From the NCBI GenBank assembly GCA_002633005.1, contig NMRA01000482.1, positions 254,404 through 318,403 on the forward strand: a stretch of 64,000 nt of DNA. The letters are read 5' to 3'. The first letter of the stretch is position 1. The number at the start of each line of letters is the position of its first letter. This DNA comes from Phoronis australis. Lineage: Eukaryota > Animalia > Phoronida. Below are positions 43,682-57,834 of the stretch, piece by piece. The position numbers and the translations under genes are program-made. Under the pieces are notes generated by a model, which had not been told where the DNA came from, made no database searches, and saw nothing but the letters and a program-made list of their open reading frames with translations.

Positions 43682-46600
43682 ATTTATACCACATACTGAA
43701 CGAGAAACATTGCAATGAATCGGCCTACCTTTCTCGACTGGCCTCGGCTTTGTAACTACTTTCTATGTCAGCCTGAATACTGGGGTCGGAGGTCGTGACC
43801 TTTTAAGAAAAGCCAAGCTATTTTTGTCAAACAATGCTTTTTCTCAAAATCAATTGAAAATAGAAAAAAAGTGAATCTATAAATTAAGGTTCAGCAAATA
43901 TTATAGGTTACTACACATTTTATTACGCTAAGCTTCGACTGGGAAAATATCGTCTGCTAAAGTAAGTTACCACTGGTAACCGAGTACAATGCTCAATTCA
44001 AAGGATCCCGACGACACGATACCCGCATTCAGATTGGAGATCGGTGATTTATAAGTGAGAGAACATGAGAGAAAAATTTCACTGAATCAAAATATCGTTT
44101 TTAAGGAAACATGCGTCTTATTTTTCATAGCGTATCAATGTCGGTACAATGCCCTTTGCTGAACATGCGATAGCCGATGAGTGGTGTAGTCATAGACAGA
44201 CCGCGCGCACGCGCTACTGCAGCTGACAACTTGACGCCATAATATGGCCACGTGACACAGCTAATCGCCGTGTGAACAAACGGGGTAAATTGTCCTTTTT
44301 AAACCGCGATATCTAACAACTAAAGAGGCTGAAAAGTGTGATTTTTCCAGAAAAATACAGAAATAAAAACCGTGACTCACACCAGTCGCGGCAAGGCTTC
44401 TTGGGCAATAGTGTTGATCACGCCTTGTGTGGTCGATCACAGATTTTGTTCATTGACAAAAAAACTGTGAAAACTTGCAGAATTTTGTCAAATCTCAAAT
44501 CCATAAACTTCGAAACTAATTACCAATGGTAAAAATCGGGCGCTCCAGAAACGTTAAGGGTAGCCAGTCAGGCTAGACGTCCATAGCTATACGTTAGTAC
44601 TAAGGCTGCTGTAGGACATTTAGGATACGCTCTCTTTTACATTCACCACTTCACAACACAGGACGAGTTTCGTCTGTCCAGTTCTCTGAAACCAAATAAT
44701 GCCCTGTAACCCTCGACAACCCTCAAGGGTTAGGAGGAAAATTTGATAACTCCTTTCAAAGCCTGATAAACGGGCAAGCGTGACCGGCTACCCTTTTACG
44801 GCATCACACAGCAACTGTGGGAAAAGTCCACCCACCAGGGACCATTAAATACAGATTGTGAGATAGGGATTTTGAGTATTCAGATGCTGCTTTTATCTTT
44901 CAAAATGAAGCTCATTGTATATCATCAAGTGACAAAACAAGGATTGGAAGAAATCATCAAAATAAGGCTTAATATTCTTTCAAATGTTTAAATGTTTTTC
45001 AAAAAGTAGGCGGTGTTTCCGCGGAAATCTCATTACATATGACGGCAGTTGAGTGAGCACCCATAATGCACGAGTTAACAATCACTCACCACGGCTGCAA
45101 TTTTAGGTGGGGGTGCACCACAACAAAATAAACACCAAAGTAAAAAAAACATACTAAATCCAACTAAGCTTGAAAATATTTGGAATTGTGTTGAAAAGGC
45201 TATATTTGGGCTTAAGGTTCGACTATTTAACATGTGCTAAAATTCGCCTGAATAGGTGGTTACAAAATTAGGACTCTCATTCCATCATGACTGCCTGGAG
45301 GCTACTTCATTAGAGATTGAGGGTTGAACTTGTTTTCTTTGGTCGATCAGCTCATGAAAGCTTCAGTCGCAATTTTCAACACTACAGTACTGTTCGAAAA
45401 AACCGTCATGATGTTATCTTCAATTCAACATTGGTGTTGGCTGTCAATAGTAGGTTTGGTGATGACGTATCTGCCTACTGTTATGACGAGAGTTGGACCC
45501 ACTGACAGGAATATAAATGAACGGCCATATGTCACATTTTCAAAAATTTTGTACGATTTGTATTTTTTCCCGATTCAGGTAACCAGTTGGGACAATTAAG
45601 CACCTGATTTTTTTCAAAACTATGTGCTTGGATTATCCGGTGTGCCCATTGTATGGTCCGGGGGAGATGAAAACGAATAAAATTGACCAGGTCCCTCGCC
45701 GCGTAATAATTTTCAACTCCAAATGATGTCATTTTTAACAAGACACGTATCGTTTCCCTGTCAATGCACATACCCTTCCTTATTCTTTTGATGAACTTAA
45801 GAAAAAATAGCTATCAGCAACAAATCGCGTTGTTACACGACCAATGATACGAGCTCGACTGTTGTAAACCGTTTAAAACAAACCAAATATCTTTTCGAGA
45901 TTTTTCCTTCTCATCCTAAATTAGGACCATTTGTGCACGACAGATGTCCATTATTGTATTTTATTGTATTGTAACAACGACTGTGTTTGGCTCTGTGCGC
46001 AGACTTACTCAGTGATCCGAAAGAACTCGGTATGCCTATGTATCTTCCAAGGTGAAGTCTGTCCAGCCCTAAGGTCCAAGGCTAACTTGTTTAGACTGTA
46101 CTAGTGTTTTTATAAAAACTGGTGTGAACTTTCAATAATCATAGTGTTTTATTTTAATTTACAATTTTCCACAAAACAAATAAAATACATAAATGAATGA
46201 TCCTGTTGAACAATCAATGTGTTTTGTAGTCTGTACTCCCCATACAAGGTGGATGGTCACATACAAAATGTAGGCTGCATACTATTGACTTTGCGATTCG
46301 GCCAGATCAAGCACATACGACTTTTAATCGGGCTGTAAGCCTGCATCGAGAATCAATCGAATGTCTTAGTCGGTTGACGAGGCGGATCCGACGAAGTCAA
46401 TCAAGCGTACCCATGCGGTCAAAATGAAGAATAAATGTTGAGGAACTTTAGAACCAAATATGAGAATGACTTTAAATGCGTAGCCGGTCATCTAAAACTA
46501 ATAGCCAAGAGGAATTAAAGTTATGAAAGACCTTATCAATAAATCTGTGTACTAAGCCACATATTAACACAACTACAGGATTGAACTCGGTATAAATACA

Positions 46601-47644
46601 AAATTTCTGAAAATAAAAAGTCAGAATTTGATTGTTTAATGTCATATAAAGTGACTGTACCTCATATTCATGCCAAAACAACGGTAACAATAACATGGTT
46701 GAACTATGTTTGACATAAACCTAATGTAAAGAAACGACTACAGCTTTCTAAATTATTTCGCTTTCGTTTCATGCAACTTTTGAGTTATTTGAGGATATTC
46801 CTACTTTAAAAACAAGTGCAGACTTTGACAGAGTAATGCGTAGAGCGCAGCATTTAAAACTTTCACATGTATCCAATATAAGTACGTACTTAAACTTATG
46901 ACGGAAATGAGAGAAGAGCATTTTACAGAAGTGATCGGTAACTTGGAATTCACCACATTTCCACGAGTGAATATAGGGTCAAAATGCGTAATTGGTTCAC
47001 GTCTGTGGCCCGTCTCAGTTTTACCTTGCTCCTCAGTACTTCAAGAATAACTGGTAGACCTAACACCCACGACCCCCCCGACAGGAGTGCGAGCACCAAC
47101 CACTGCAGCTGGTAGCTGGTATGAGTTGAGTACAAAAATAGCTCGCCACTACCGCGTCAATTTTTAAAGAAACCAACCAGAACCAATAACAGAATTTGGC
47201 CGGAAGCAAACGACAAAATGCGCTTAACATGCGTCAGTGAAGCTCGTATATAATGCTTTACAAACGCACGCAAAACCATGCACTGAAACGCACAATTAAA
47301 GATACTGGCGAAAATTTCACTAATCACATTGAGGAATACAGCTTTGGACTTCACTTGTGTGCTCACACAACAGACAATCTGCAACCAAAATCTCAAAACA
47401 CGCCACACACGAAATATCACTAATTACTCCACTTTAAAACACAATGCATTCACTGTCACTACCTTGAAGAGCTTGGCTTAATTCTTACAAAAATGAGAAT
47501 ATGGACTGGCTTTAGAAAGGTATTACTATTGAATTTACCTAGTACATAAATTAACTTTGCACCACAAATAATTAGTTTAGGCCACTAAAAGTTAATTTAC
47601 ACTGCATATAATAAATTTACGGCATTACTAATTAACTTACGTCA

Positions 47645-49085
47645 GTAACAAGAACTAATTAAGCAAGCATTTACGTGCATAACGTTCACCCATTTGGCCA
47701 ATCATAGAGATGCGTCCACAAGAGCAAGGCAAACAGTGTCCTTCTGAGGGTGTTAATACGGTAGGTGGCGCAGAATACGTCATATCCATACCAAAATGAA
47801 TAGATGCAATCACCATCACAACAGAAAGTTGTTTACCACATTTCAACAAAAACTCAATAGACTCTGAAGATACAGATGCAAACATAAAAGCTAAAATTGC
47901 CACTAGGGGTACAGTGGTTGTAAGAACCGCCCAAAAAGTCCTATTGGGTATAGAAAACTAATTCTTCCAAAATTTCGAAAAGATCCTTCAAAGGAGTAGG
48001 AAGATAAGCCCAGAAAGCAAAAAGACAAAAATAGCCACCAACTAGGAAACATCAAAATTGCCAAATCCCTTCACAAATCAAGGTCTTCTTTTCATCAACA
48101 AAAAAGTCACTGTAAAAATAGCCACTGGGTGGTGCAAAATACACCAAATCCATACGAAAACGGAATACTAAAGCACTCTCCTTAACAGAAACCTACATGT
48201 ATTTGCCAAATTTCATAAAAATCCATGAATGAACTCGATCTTCGAAGTAGTTTGGTGGACAGAGAAACAGATGCCAAACATGGACTTGAAACTGTTAAAA
48301 ATCACCACTAGGAGGCGCACATTATACGGAAAATCTGTTCGAAAATGGAAAGGCAATGTCATCACCTTAATAGAAACCTATTTGCCTCATTTCATTAAAA
48401 TACATCAAATAAACTCTGAAGATACACAGGAAAATGTAAAAAATAAAATTGCCACTAGGGGACACACCAATCACGAGATAGGGATATCACTCCTCATCAT
48501 CTGCTGTTAGCACCATACAGACACATCTGCCAAACTTCATGAAGTTCCTGCAAAGGTATAAGGAGATTCAGTGGTCTATGCAAACCGAAACAAAATCCCA
48601 CTAAGGGCCGCCAGAGTACTCAAACACGCCTGAAAATCAACATCAACTGACGTATCCTAATCAGAACACACCTACTAATTTTCATAATGATCCTTCCAGC
48701 GGTTTGGCAGATAGAAAGGCAGATGGGAAAAATGAAATTCAAAAGATGGCCACAAGGTGGCGCAGAATCGTCAAAGACTTCTCAAAATGCAAAGGTGTTG
48801 TCGCGTTCATAACAGAAACCTATTTGCCAAATTGTATGAAAATCCATCCAAGAATTACAAAGATTCGGAGGCAATCGTCAAAAACTAAAATTGCCACTAG
48901 AGGGCATAGCTGTAAACGGATCAGTCCGAAAGTCATCCTCAACTGTCATCAGCTGCATGGGAACGCACCTGCCAAATCAAACGGAGATCCTGCAAGAGGT
49001 TTAGGAGATCCAGCTGCGGACGCCGGACAGACAGATGACAGCTGTAGCCCAAGCGCCACGTATAAATATGGGGACACACAATAAG
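47645..49085 (+). repeat. Helentron/HINE-like non-autonomous element with ~150-bp internal repeats
   Basis: Periodic (aaatt)gccactaggg motifs; 3' end ggacagacag...aataa recalls HINE termini. Family assignment is inference. Confidence 0.55.
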
Positions 49086-49382
49086 GAAAATTTTCCAAAG
49101 ATATGCCCAGAATGTTTCTTTGAGAGAAAAAGTACGTTTGATTGAATCCGTATACTTCCACCATTTTCACAGGAAATGGACACTTTAACACGGTAACTAA
49201 ATTAAATGTGAAGAACATGTGGGAACATGGTAGAGTATATTTATTCTATATTACTATTCGTTAACCTGTGTTCGTTGTAGCATTACAGATACCTATGTTA
49301 AACGTGATTTAGTATTGTTGAAGAAATAAGGAACCACTTCTGATACAAAGACTCTTTCTTGTATAGTTATCAATACTGAATC

Positions 49383-49586
49383 ATGATGACTGACATCAAA
49401 TGTCCCGCACCAAGATGTGATATGGCCTGGCCCATGACAACAGTCTCTGAAGTCCTGAAACTCCTTGACATGCTTGAAAGCACCACTCACCCAGCAAGCA
49501 CGCCTGCAACAACGCCCAAGGACACAGGGGTCAAAGCAGAGAAAGTGAAGCGTTCAGTCATCAGAGAAACATCCAGCTCGTCATAA
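49383..49586 (+). pseudogene. Gypsy gag N-terminal remnant
   Basis: IKCPAPRCD...THP...KAEKVKRSVI matches the CP.P.C...H...KAEKVKRP N-terminus recalled from some invertebrate Gypsy gags. Confidence 0.5.
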
Positions 49587-50549
49587 ACATGGTAAAAATC
49601 ATATCAATTACAGGAGCGTTCCCCACTGTAAGTTTGAAAAGATTCTGTTTTAAGAACCAAGTGTTTCATGTTTACATACATAAGCTTGCTTATCTATTCT
49701 GAATTATTGCAGCTGTAAGATTTTATTTTCAATGCTAATGTTAATGATACTTTTAATGAAATAATCCTAAAAATATGCATACCATAGGGTAAAACTCACC
49801 AATAAACAAAACTTACATACCTTCACACTCCAGCCTCTCAATAATTCAAGGCACGTCAAGCTTTTCATCAAAAACAAGTATGGAAATACATGTAGCATTC
49901 TACTGAAGTTGAACAGGCGCTTCTATCCAAGCAGAAGGTGAGTAGAAAATGATTCATCCGAGAGAAGACATACGGCAAGTGGACTGTTAGCCCAGGAGCT
50001 ACTGAATGAAAAGGCCAAGCTCTGGAAAACTGAGAGACCAAATGACTGTTGACTCTTCCGGTAGAAAGAATGGCAAATGACGATGAAGGTGATAGAATAA
50101 TAGTAGTAGAAGACTTCCCATTACTACTGATATATCAATCAGAAAATCAGCGAAATCAGCAAGACTGATAAAAGAAAAATATGATCTTTTTAGATGCCAC
50201 ATGAGACTTCTCTGCATGACCTTCTTCTGCTTTTGTCAGCACAAATGCTGGATATGATGTGGTAGCTGCAGCACTCATGAAAAATGAAGACACAGCATAT
50301 CTTTGCAGGACACCCAACCTGTCGACTCTGTCCAATGCCGCTGTTTAAGTCCCTGAATTCAAGAAATTCTATGCTCAAATAATATAGGAAAGGAGGTTCA
50401 GAGAATCCCTGTTGACAGACAGCATGAGATATACATATCAACGACGGAATCACAAACACCGATGCCTACATAACAACTGTCCCAGAGACAATTTTCAAAG
50501 CAACCAGATTCATTGACCTGGCAATGAAAAATCGCTGGCTACAATGACC

Positions 50550-51170
50550 ACAAAAATTGTGATGGTAAGGCTAGAGACCTGTTAGAATGCTGCCTAGTAA
50601 ACGAGCCTTCGGAAGGCTACATGCTAGCGCAGAAACCGCTTAAACAAAGATAAGGAAAGGAAGAAGTTATTTCGCAAGCATGGACAAAAAATTTTGAAAC
50701 AAAAACAAATAAGTAGCGTGGAAAAGTATGCTGTTTTGCCGCCTACACAGGTATAGAGGAATATTGTCAGCACTTGGTTGAGTTTAAAGTCTTTTGTGGA
50801 AAAGCTGCTAGAGCACATTCAGAATAGATGGAAAAGAAAAATGGCGATTAGAAAGAAAAACAAAAACATGCCGTGGTTAGATGACATTATCACATTCATT
50901 GACAGAGCTGTAGATAAGGAATGCGTCCACAGATTTCCGACCAATCAGGCATTCAGTATGCCACCTCAATAACGACAGCAGAGATCAGGTAGTGCCTTTT
51001 AAACAAATGCTAAACATAAGGGGATAATGCCTAGGGGGTGTCATCAATCAGCGTCACATATGGCAAGCCTGGCCACTACCTAAATCATTGCCATAACTTC
51101 ATGGCCATGTCTGTAAAAGACAGGTGGCATTTTAAGGTTATCTAAAAGACTATGGGTCAATGGTTGGTAA
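50550..51170 (+). pseudogene. BEL/Pao gag remnant
   Basis: CDGKARDLLECCLVNEPSEGY; LKSFVEKLLEHIQNRWKRK...PWLDDIITFIDRA; HYLNHCHNFMAMSVKDRW. Confidence 0.65.
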
Positions 51171-52149
51171 AAAACATGGGGTGGATCGTAGAATAGTAAT
51201 TAAGCAGGACGTTATTTTTCCCCTGTAAATTATAAATGAACAGCTGAAGGGGAACTGAAAGAATTTCCACGAACACGACGTGAAAAGCTGTTTATTCGAT
51301 GTGCAATATCAGCTTGTGCAATATAGAGCATATCTTATTTTAATCTCATCACTCTGTTAAACAGCTAATGCTACATGGCGCTTTAGCTATTTTAAGATGT
51401 ATTCCTAAATCTCTCTAGTCCGTCCACCTGGTGTTTGTCCATACCAATGTTATTTCATCATTTACAAGTTGTTTATAATGACTAAAAGTATAACCGAGTC
51501 ATATACATATTTAGTCGCTCTAGTCAGATCATTTACAAGATATAGTATAACTTTAGTCAGTAAGCAATGACTACGATATCAAAACCTATTTTGTCATTAA
51601 GAGCTAGTCCAAATTTACAAAATGATGAAACTGTTTTGTACAGTATTAAAACACCCCTTGACACTTGTAAGGTATGGCATGCTAAGGCTGGGACATCTTG
51701 TCAAACACATACAATCTTGCTACTTGCTGAGCTTCTTGCTGAAAACCACTTCTCAAGTTTATAACTTGGGTGTGTGCAATGACCGCCCAGAGAATGCCCA
51801 CAAATTTCAAAAAAAAGTATCTGGTTTGAAAGGCAACAAATGCAATAGTTTTGCACATAAGATTTTGACTTTAAATATCAAAAAAGGATATTTGCTATCT
51901 TTGGCAGAAAGTAAAGATCAATGAGTTCATCGTGACATACTATCAATGATGCTCTGACTAAATAAAAGCAGTTAGAAAACCAAACCAAGAGCTTACATAG
52001 TGAATTAAAAGTTGATAACAAAATCAAATGATCAAACAGTACAAATTGAATGTGAAACACAAAGATCAAAAGTTTTTTAACAAACAAATATTTCTCTTCG
52101 GAAGTATGTTGAAAACTTATATGGAGTATGTGTAGGACTTTCCAATCAA

Positions 52150-53830
52150 GAAAATTCAAATTTCGGAACATACTCTTCTTCGTTTCAAATTAGGAACCTC
52201 AAAGAGATAAAAATCCAGGCCAGAATGTGCTCTGCTGTTTATACAGAAGTATGGTCTAGAACTGGAAAGTCTCACAGGTGAAGATTGTGAAGGACAAAGG
52301 CCTGATATCCAATATTCTAAAGTTACACATTTGGACAAAAACATGACTTAGAGAAGTACCATATACCACCTGGACCAATTCTGTCTCAGTGACGCATTTT
52401 ATCACCAACTTTCCATTATTTGTGACGGTATTCCAAAATCATACCTTATAAAGCAACAACACTCAAATTTAAATTCTATTTGCTATGTCGAGAGAACACC
52501 CGGTGAACCTGAGGGGGCAGAAATCAATGTTGAAATAGAAGCTAAATTTGCAATCCTTTCTCAATAGACATCCGGATGTCAAACAAAGAGGTCAAAAACT
52601 AAAATTCTGTGTGAAATTTTGAGGTGATAGAACCAATATGTCCCGAAAGCATAGCATGTGTGTCATGAATTTTTCTATATTTCGCCAAAATTTTGACGTT
52701 AAAGAAAACACAAGTACACTTACCATCATGTGGTGAAGGGTCATGGAAGTTATGAAATGTATAAGGAGTCATTTTGTAATGTTTGGAAAGCTATGAACTA
52801 TCTCCACGATCAAGGACATGTCACAGTTGATGACGTGCAGTGTAACCTGAATGTTAACCTGGCAGCAGATTACATGTTCCTTTTGTTGGTACTTCGTATG
52901 AGTGGAGCAACTTCAAACCGTGCTTGCATTTGACTGTAAAGTGTATCACAAAAGCTGCTGGGACATGTGAAAGCCATATGAACATAACAACTCATTCCCA
53001 ATGCTGCGAACACTAGAAAACATGAAGTCAATGTTGCTTATCAAATTCATTTGGATGCAAATATTTGTACTAGTCAAACTTCCACCGTCTCATGTTATTG
53101 TTGACTAGCTTCATCTCTTGCTTCGCAAAACTGATAGACTGATGGAAAAGTTTATTAAGAAATTGACATTCTGGAAAAGTATGGTGGAACAGGTAAATCA
53201 CTGTGTCACCCAGAATTTCATTTGAATCGGTTAGTCAAGTGAATCTAGTAAAGCGGTGTAAGCTTCAAGATTTGGGAAATTAAAGTATCTGGAGGATAAG
53301 GTTCCAAGCACTTTTATTGTGCCAGGTTGGTTGGAGATGAGAAAAAGAGACTCCACACTTCACTCCCTGCTGCACTAGTTAACATTTTAAATCCCAGTAC
53401 AGAGGGTCATTAAACTTTGGCAAGATTTCAATGTCACCTATCATTCTATTGTTCTTTTGTCAAACGATCAAGCTCTCTGCTGTGAGGAACTTTTTCATAT
53501 GAACAGGTTATGAAGGTTAGCGCATTACACCATACACACACATACTGGTTTACCATCTCCCTCATTTGTGTGCGTCTCCTAATGGTCTGCGAAACTTCAG
53601 AGCGCAGGGTATGGAGAAGCTAAATGACATTAAGTGCATTCATAACCATAAATCAAATAAATTCAGTGCTTGTTTTGACGTTCTGAAAACATCTTGGAGA
53701 CAAGATAAGCTGGCTAACAAAAAACGTAAATCTCATAAATATAAAAAATCAGATTCAGATTACTGGGAGAAAATTGTTTTCGAGAAGCGAAAGAAAATGA
53801 ATTTTTTTGCAGGCTGCAGAACCAGATTGT
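52150..53830 (+). pseudogene. fossil RAG1/Transib/Chapaev-related DDE transposase
   Basis: Ordered motifs LDQFCLSDAFYHQLS..DGIPKSYLIKQ; KF*GD (52623); AADYMFLLLVLRMSGATSNRACI (D at 52868); VD*LHLLLRKTDRL (~53100); RNFRAQGMEKLND (E at 53614); many stops and frameshifts. Confidence 0.7.
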
Positions 53831-54591
53831 CACACGCCAAGTCCTTCATTTAATATTGACTGTGTGTCACTATCAGAGCTAAAAGAGTAAATAAAAGAAC
53901 TTGGTCTAAAAACTAAGTTAAGAAGTGAAGCAAAATTGCGAGATCTTCTGAGAATACATTTGAAAGGTGACAAAAGTATTATCCCAGCACAATATTAATT
54001 GCACGAATATATTTATGTTATTTTTAGTGCCAAAAATGTCATTTGTAAATGACATAATACAAAACTGAAGTTGCATTTATATGGGAGTAGTGTTCATCTT
54101 TTATTAAAGTACATTTTATTTTCTTACTTAAACACAAATGATTATTCCACAGGTGCTGTAATCTGATTCTTGTATGCAGTTATTTTTCAGAAAAGTTTAT
54201 TATATATACATGCATACATGAACCTAGAAAACGCAAAGGAAATGGTACCTCAAGATAGAAATTTGTAACATTTACATTTTGTGTTCTTTGTACTCATTTA
54301 TGGTGTTGATTTGGTGTTAACTGATGTTGCTGTTATCACGAAAACTCTCTTATACATGCAAACATAGGGCTGCATGTTCCATTCTAGTGATTTGCAGTTT
54401 AATCTTAACAGCAGCTGTTTAAACCAGTATTATTGGCATTTGATATGTTTATCGTTAAATATATTAAAGTTATATTATTTGGACAAAATGGTTCATTAAC
54501 TTTGTTTTTACAGGCTACTATAAGCCCTTGTTTCAGTTTCTGGAATCCTTGGTCAATTGTTACACCTACTAGTGATTCAGAACTCGGAAGA

Positions 54592-54956
54592 CGCGGAATA
54601 TCCAGCAAATTCGCTGTTTTCGGTGTAGGGCAAAGTCGTGCAAAGTTCTGCACCGATTACTGAAAACTCAACCCTGAAAATCGGGTTTTTCTATTTCCAT
54701 ACTAAGGGAGGGCCAGAGGACCTAGGAATAGAGAGGCATCGATTTTCAACAGTTGGTTTTCCTGCCATAGACATTTTAAATGGGGACGCGGAATCTCCGG
54801 CAAATTCGCTGTTTTTCGGTGTAGAGCAGTCGTGCAAAGTACTGCGGCGATTGACAAAAACTGAAGGGTTGAAAGTCGAGTTTTTTCAATTGCCCTACTA
54901 AAGGAGGGCCAAAGGACCTAGGAATGGAAGGGCATCGATTTTCAAAGGTTGGTTTG
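54592..54956. repeat. two diverged ~197-bp tandem units
   Basis: gcggaat.tcc.gcaaattcgctgtttt..ggtgtag...ggagggcca.aggacctaggaat...ggcatcgattttcaa..gttggttt at 54592 and 54788. Confidence 0.85.
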
Positions 54957-56339
54957 AAATCGACTGGAATGCATAGACGGATGGGTGAAGGGGCCGAGGG
55001 AGCCCAGGTCTCCCTCACCAGGCATGATAATGCTGTTTTCAGGGTTTCAATGAGTTTGCCCTTTAAAAATTGACCTCACCCCTTCACGAAGCCCTTTGAA
55101 AATCTCGGTAGGGACCTCCAGCATCACATCTAGATCTGACAGTACTATAAGTCTTCTTCATCTTCGAATGAATATGATACCTTTAAAGACAACGAATTTC
55201 AACGTATGCTTAGAAAGAACTAGTACAACCCTAACCTAAATTTCGGCAACCTACTTTTGGAAGGTGCAAGTGCCTAGCGAACACTTTGTTCCTTTCCGTT
55301 TGACATCGAACACGTAACTTAAGTTTTCTAATCTATTATCAAACAAAAACAAGACAAAAACTATATTCACTGGATCGGGTGGGTTTATCTCAAAATTGGG
55401 CCATCTATTGTTCTGCCCAAACTTGCCACTTGTCTCGTGACAACGCCTTTGACGCTTTATTGAAAAGTGTCCATTATTTTTTTCCATTATATCTAATCAT
55501 TTCTCTTTCAGTTGCTATTACTTGTTACTTTGTTGTGAGCATCCATTCTGGCGTGCCATGTCGTGGGGATTTTGCAGTTTTTTCCTTACGCGCTGATCTT
55601 CAGAGCATTTCGTAGTCATTGGGTATCCGTGTTTAAAGTAGGGACAACGCCCTACACTGTGTCCTGAGGGAGCAGGACATTCCACAAGTGTTCTGTCAAT
55701 GCCTCACCCTAAGCGGATGTGCCTTTGTTGATAGTATTTTCAAGTGTCTGTTTAGTCCTGTCACTGCCGGTAAACATTGATTACTCATTTCCGACAATAA
55801 TATAAACATGCATGACTGGGTGTCCACGGACTTGTGTACTATTATGCCAGAGGGCCAAGCACAGCACTTGGTCACCCCTCCAGGATCATATGTCGCAGCT
55901 CCTAATTGCTGACAATCACGTGGCTCACCACCATTGCAACAACCCCACACAGCCCCACCATAACCCCTGGCGGAGCACGGTGTTGTTGCCAGCCGATCAT
56001 AACCCGGGCGACGTGACTGACACGTCGTCTTCTTGCCCCAGATTCCAGGGATTTCAAACATGGGTTATCAATTAGTTCTCAAGGATACCACTGAAAAGTA
56101 AACTAGGCTAGGGCCTTTCAAACCATTATCCTGGACTCCGAAGAACTGAAGAAGCTGATGGGTGAGATTTGATTTTAACATTGAAGTTATTATCTGTTAA
56201 TTATTGCTTTATCAAGGAGTATTTCTAGTTATCTTAACAACAAGAAATATTAATTTTTCCCAATTACTTCAGTCATGGTTATGGGAAACAGTGCTGGCGG
56301 GAGAGGACCGCATTCACCAGACCCCTTAATTCATAACAG

Positions 56340-56870
56340 CAACCAAACACGCTCGCTGCACTTCAAGGCAACGAGCGAGTGCCGCAGAATTTCGATGGCA
56401 AATCATGCGAGTGGCCAGACTTTTTGCACCAATTTGAAAAAAATTGTAGATAGAATGGGTAGGACGAGCAGGAGTCGGCCACGCAGCTGGTCATGTGTCT
56501 GCGGGGGTCGGATTTGCATGCCGTAAGGGACTTAGATTACGAAGTGTCGGAGAATTTTAGAGAGTTAAAAGCGGCGCTTACGCAGTGGTTTTGTCCCGCA
56601 GAACATGTTGACGCACACAGGTGCGAATTCCGAGGGAGGAAGAGGGAGAAGACCGAGAACATTTCGGACTATGGTTTCAGTTTAAAATGGCTACTGTCAT
56701 TGGCATTCCTTGTGTTAGCCAGTGACACCCGTGAAGTTTTGGTAGTTGATCAATTTATAGCTGGGCTCAACGACCAGGCACTGCGGAGGCACGCACCATT
56801 TCAGAGGCCATTGTCCGTGGACAGCGCTGTTTCTAATGCACTTGAGTTCGAGGCATTCTGGTATATCCGG
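56340..56870 (+). pseudogene. Gypsy gag remnant
   Basis: QLVMCLRG...FRELKAAL...HRCEFRGRKREKTENISDYG...DQFIAGLND..LRRH...P.SVDSAVSNALEFEAF. Confidence 0.75.
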
Positions 56871-57834
56871 GAGGAGACCTCATACAACATAACAACATGG
56901 ATGACAGTAATGTCAGTGTGCCTCTGGTGCTGACAAAATACTTTGTTTCGTTTGCCTAAAGATAAGTAGTGGTAAGACTATATTCATTATATATTCCATA
57001 CTATTACTGGAAAGTATGTGTTGATCGGTGAACATGAGTCAGTACTGCAGTAGAATAATAATAGTAGCACGCCTACCTACATTAGGGATAGTTACTAGTA
57101 GTTGACAATACTGAGGCCCACAGCAGGGTCGTATGAGACTCGTTCAGATTGATGTGCGAGTTGGGTGCAGAGTATGCATAGATCTGACCTAGCAGGGAAA
57201 TCCTTAGGAGAGCTACATAACCTGGGATTGTGTAGTCGCAATATCCAAGAGAAACCATTCACTTATCAAATAAAGTAAGAAACTGCTATTTTAGTGTAAA
57301 CAGTTTGATTTGATGTGTTAGTATCAAGTTCCCAGGCACTACTCTGCATGATCACGCCTACCTCAGGCTATCTTGCTGAAGAATGTAAACCCTAAACAGG
57401 GCTTATTGAGTCAACTTCTTTCTTAGAACAAACAGTAAGCAAACCTTATTCTTTAACACATTCTGCTGTACCTACACGGCTTGTTTCCCATAATCATACC
57501 CACATCCAGGGGGGGGGGCTCTGGGGCAAAAAGGTCTGCTGACCAGGAGGTGATTCTGCGAAATCCACCGGAACCTAATTGCGCAACTCTTGATAACCAC
57601 AACACTCAGTTGTCTAAGCCACAGTCATGTGGCGATCAAGGGGAGGATGTTGTTCCTAACGTCTCACGGAACCTGACGAGCTGTTAGATGAGATAGTGAG
57701 TGAAACCTCCCCGGTGGGAGGATATGAAACAGCCGCCACTGGGCATACCTCAGAGGAGCCCTCCAAACGCACTGTTGAAGAAGTCGCATTTCCAAGCTAA
57801 ATTTCTTGCAACGTCATTTCTGGCTCATTAGCTA

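Noticed and set aside
43192-43755. 187-aa ORF
   Set aside because: No recognisable domain; it runs through a palindromic repeat.
46005-46115. Minus-strand TATA plus gtaagt donor as an upstream non-coding exon of the collagen-like gene
   Set aside because: The coding exon has its own TATA about 40 nt upstream; cannot be supported without transcripts.
46290-46330. Weak resemblance to the U2 snRNA 5' end (agatcaag)
   Set aside because: No branch-point recognition sequence or Sm site; the match is too short.
55656-55662. CACTGTG heptamer as an RSS-like TIR of the RAG1-like fossil
   Set aside because: No nonamer and no matching upstream CACAGTG terminus found; expected by chance.
56930-57510. 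Possible LTR between the gag and protease remnants
   Set aside because: No clear TG...CA boundaries, TSD or second copy within the window.
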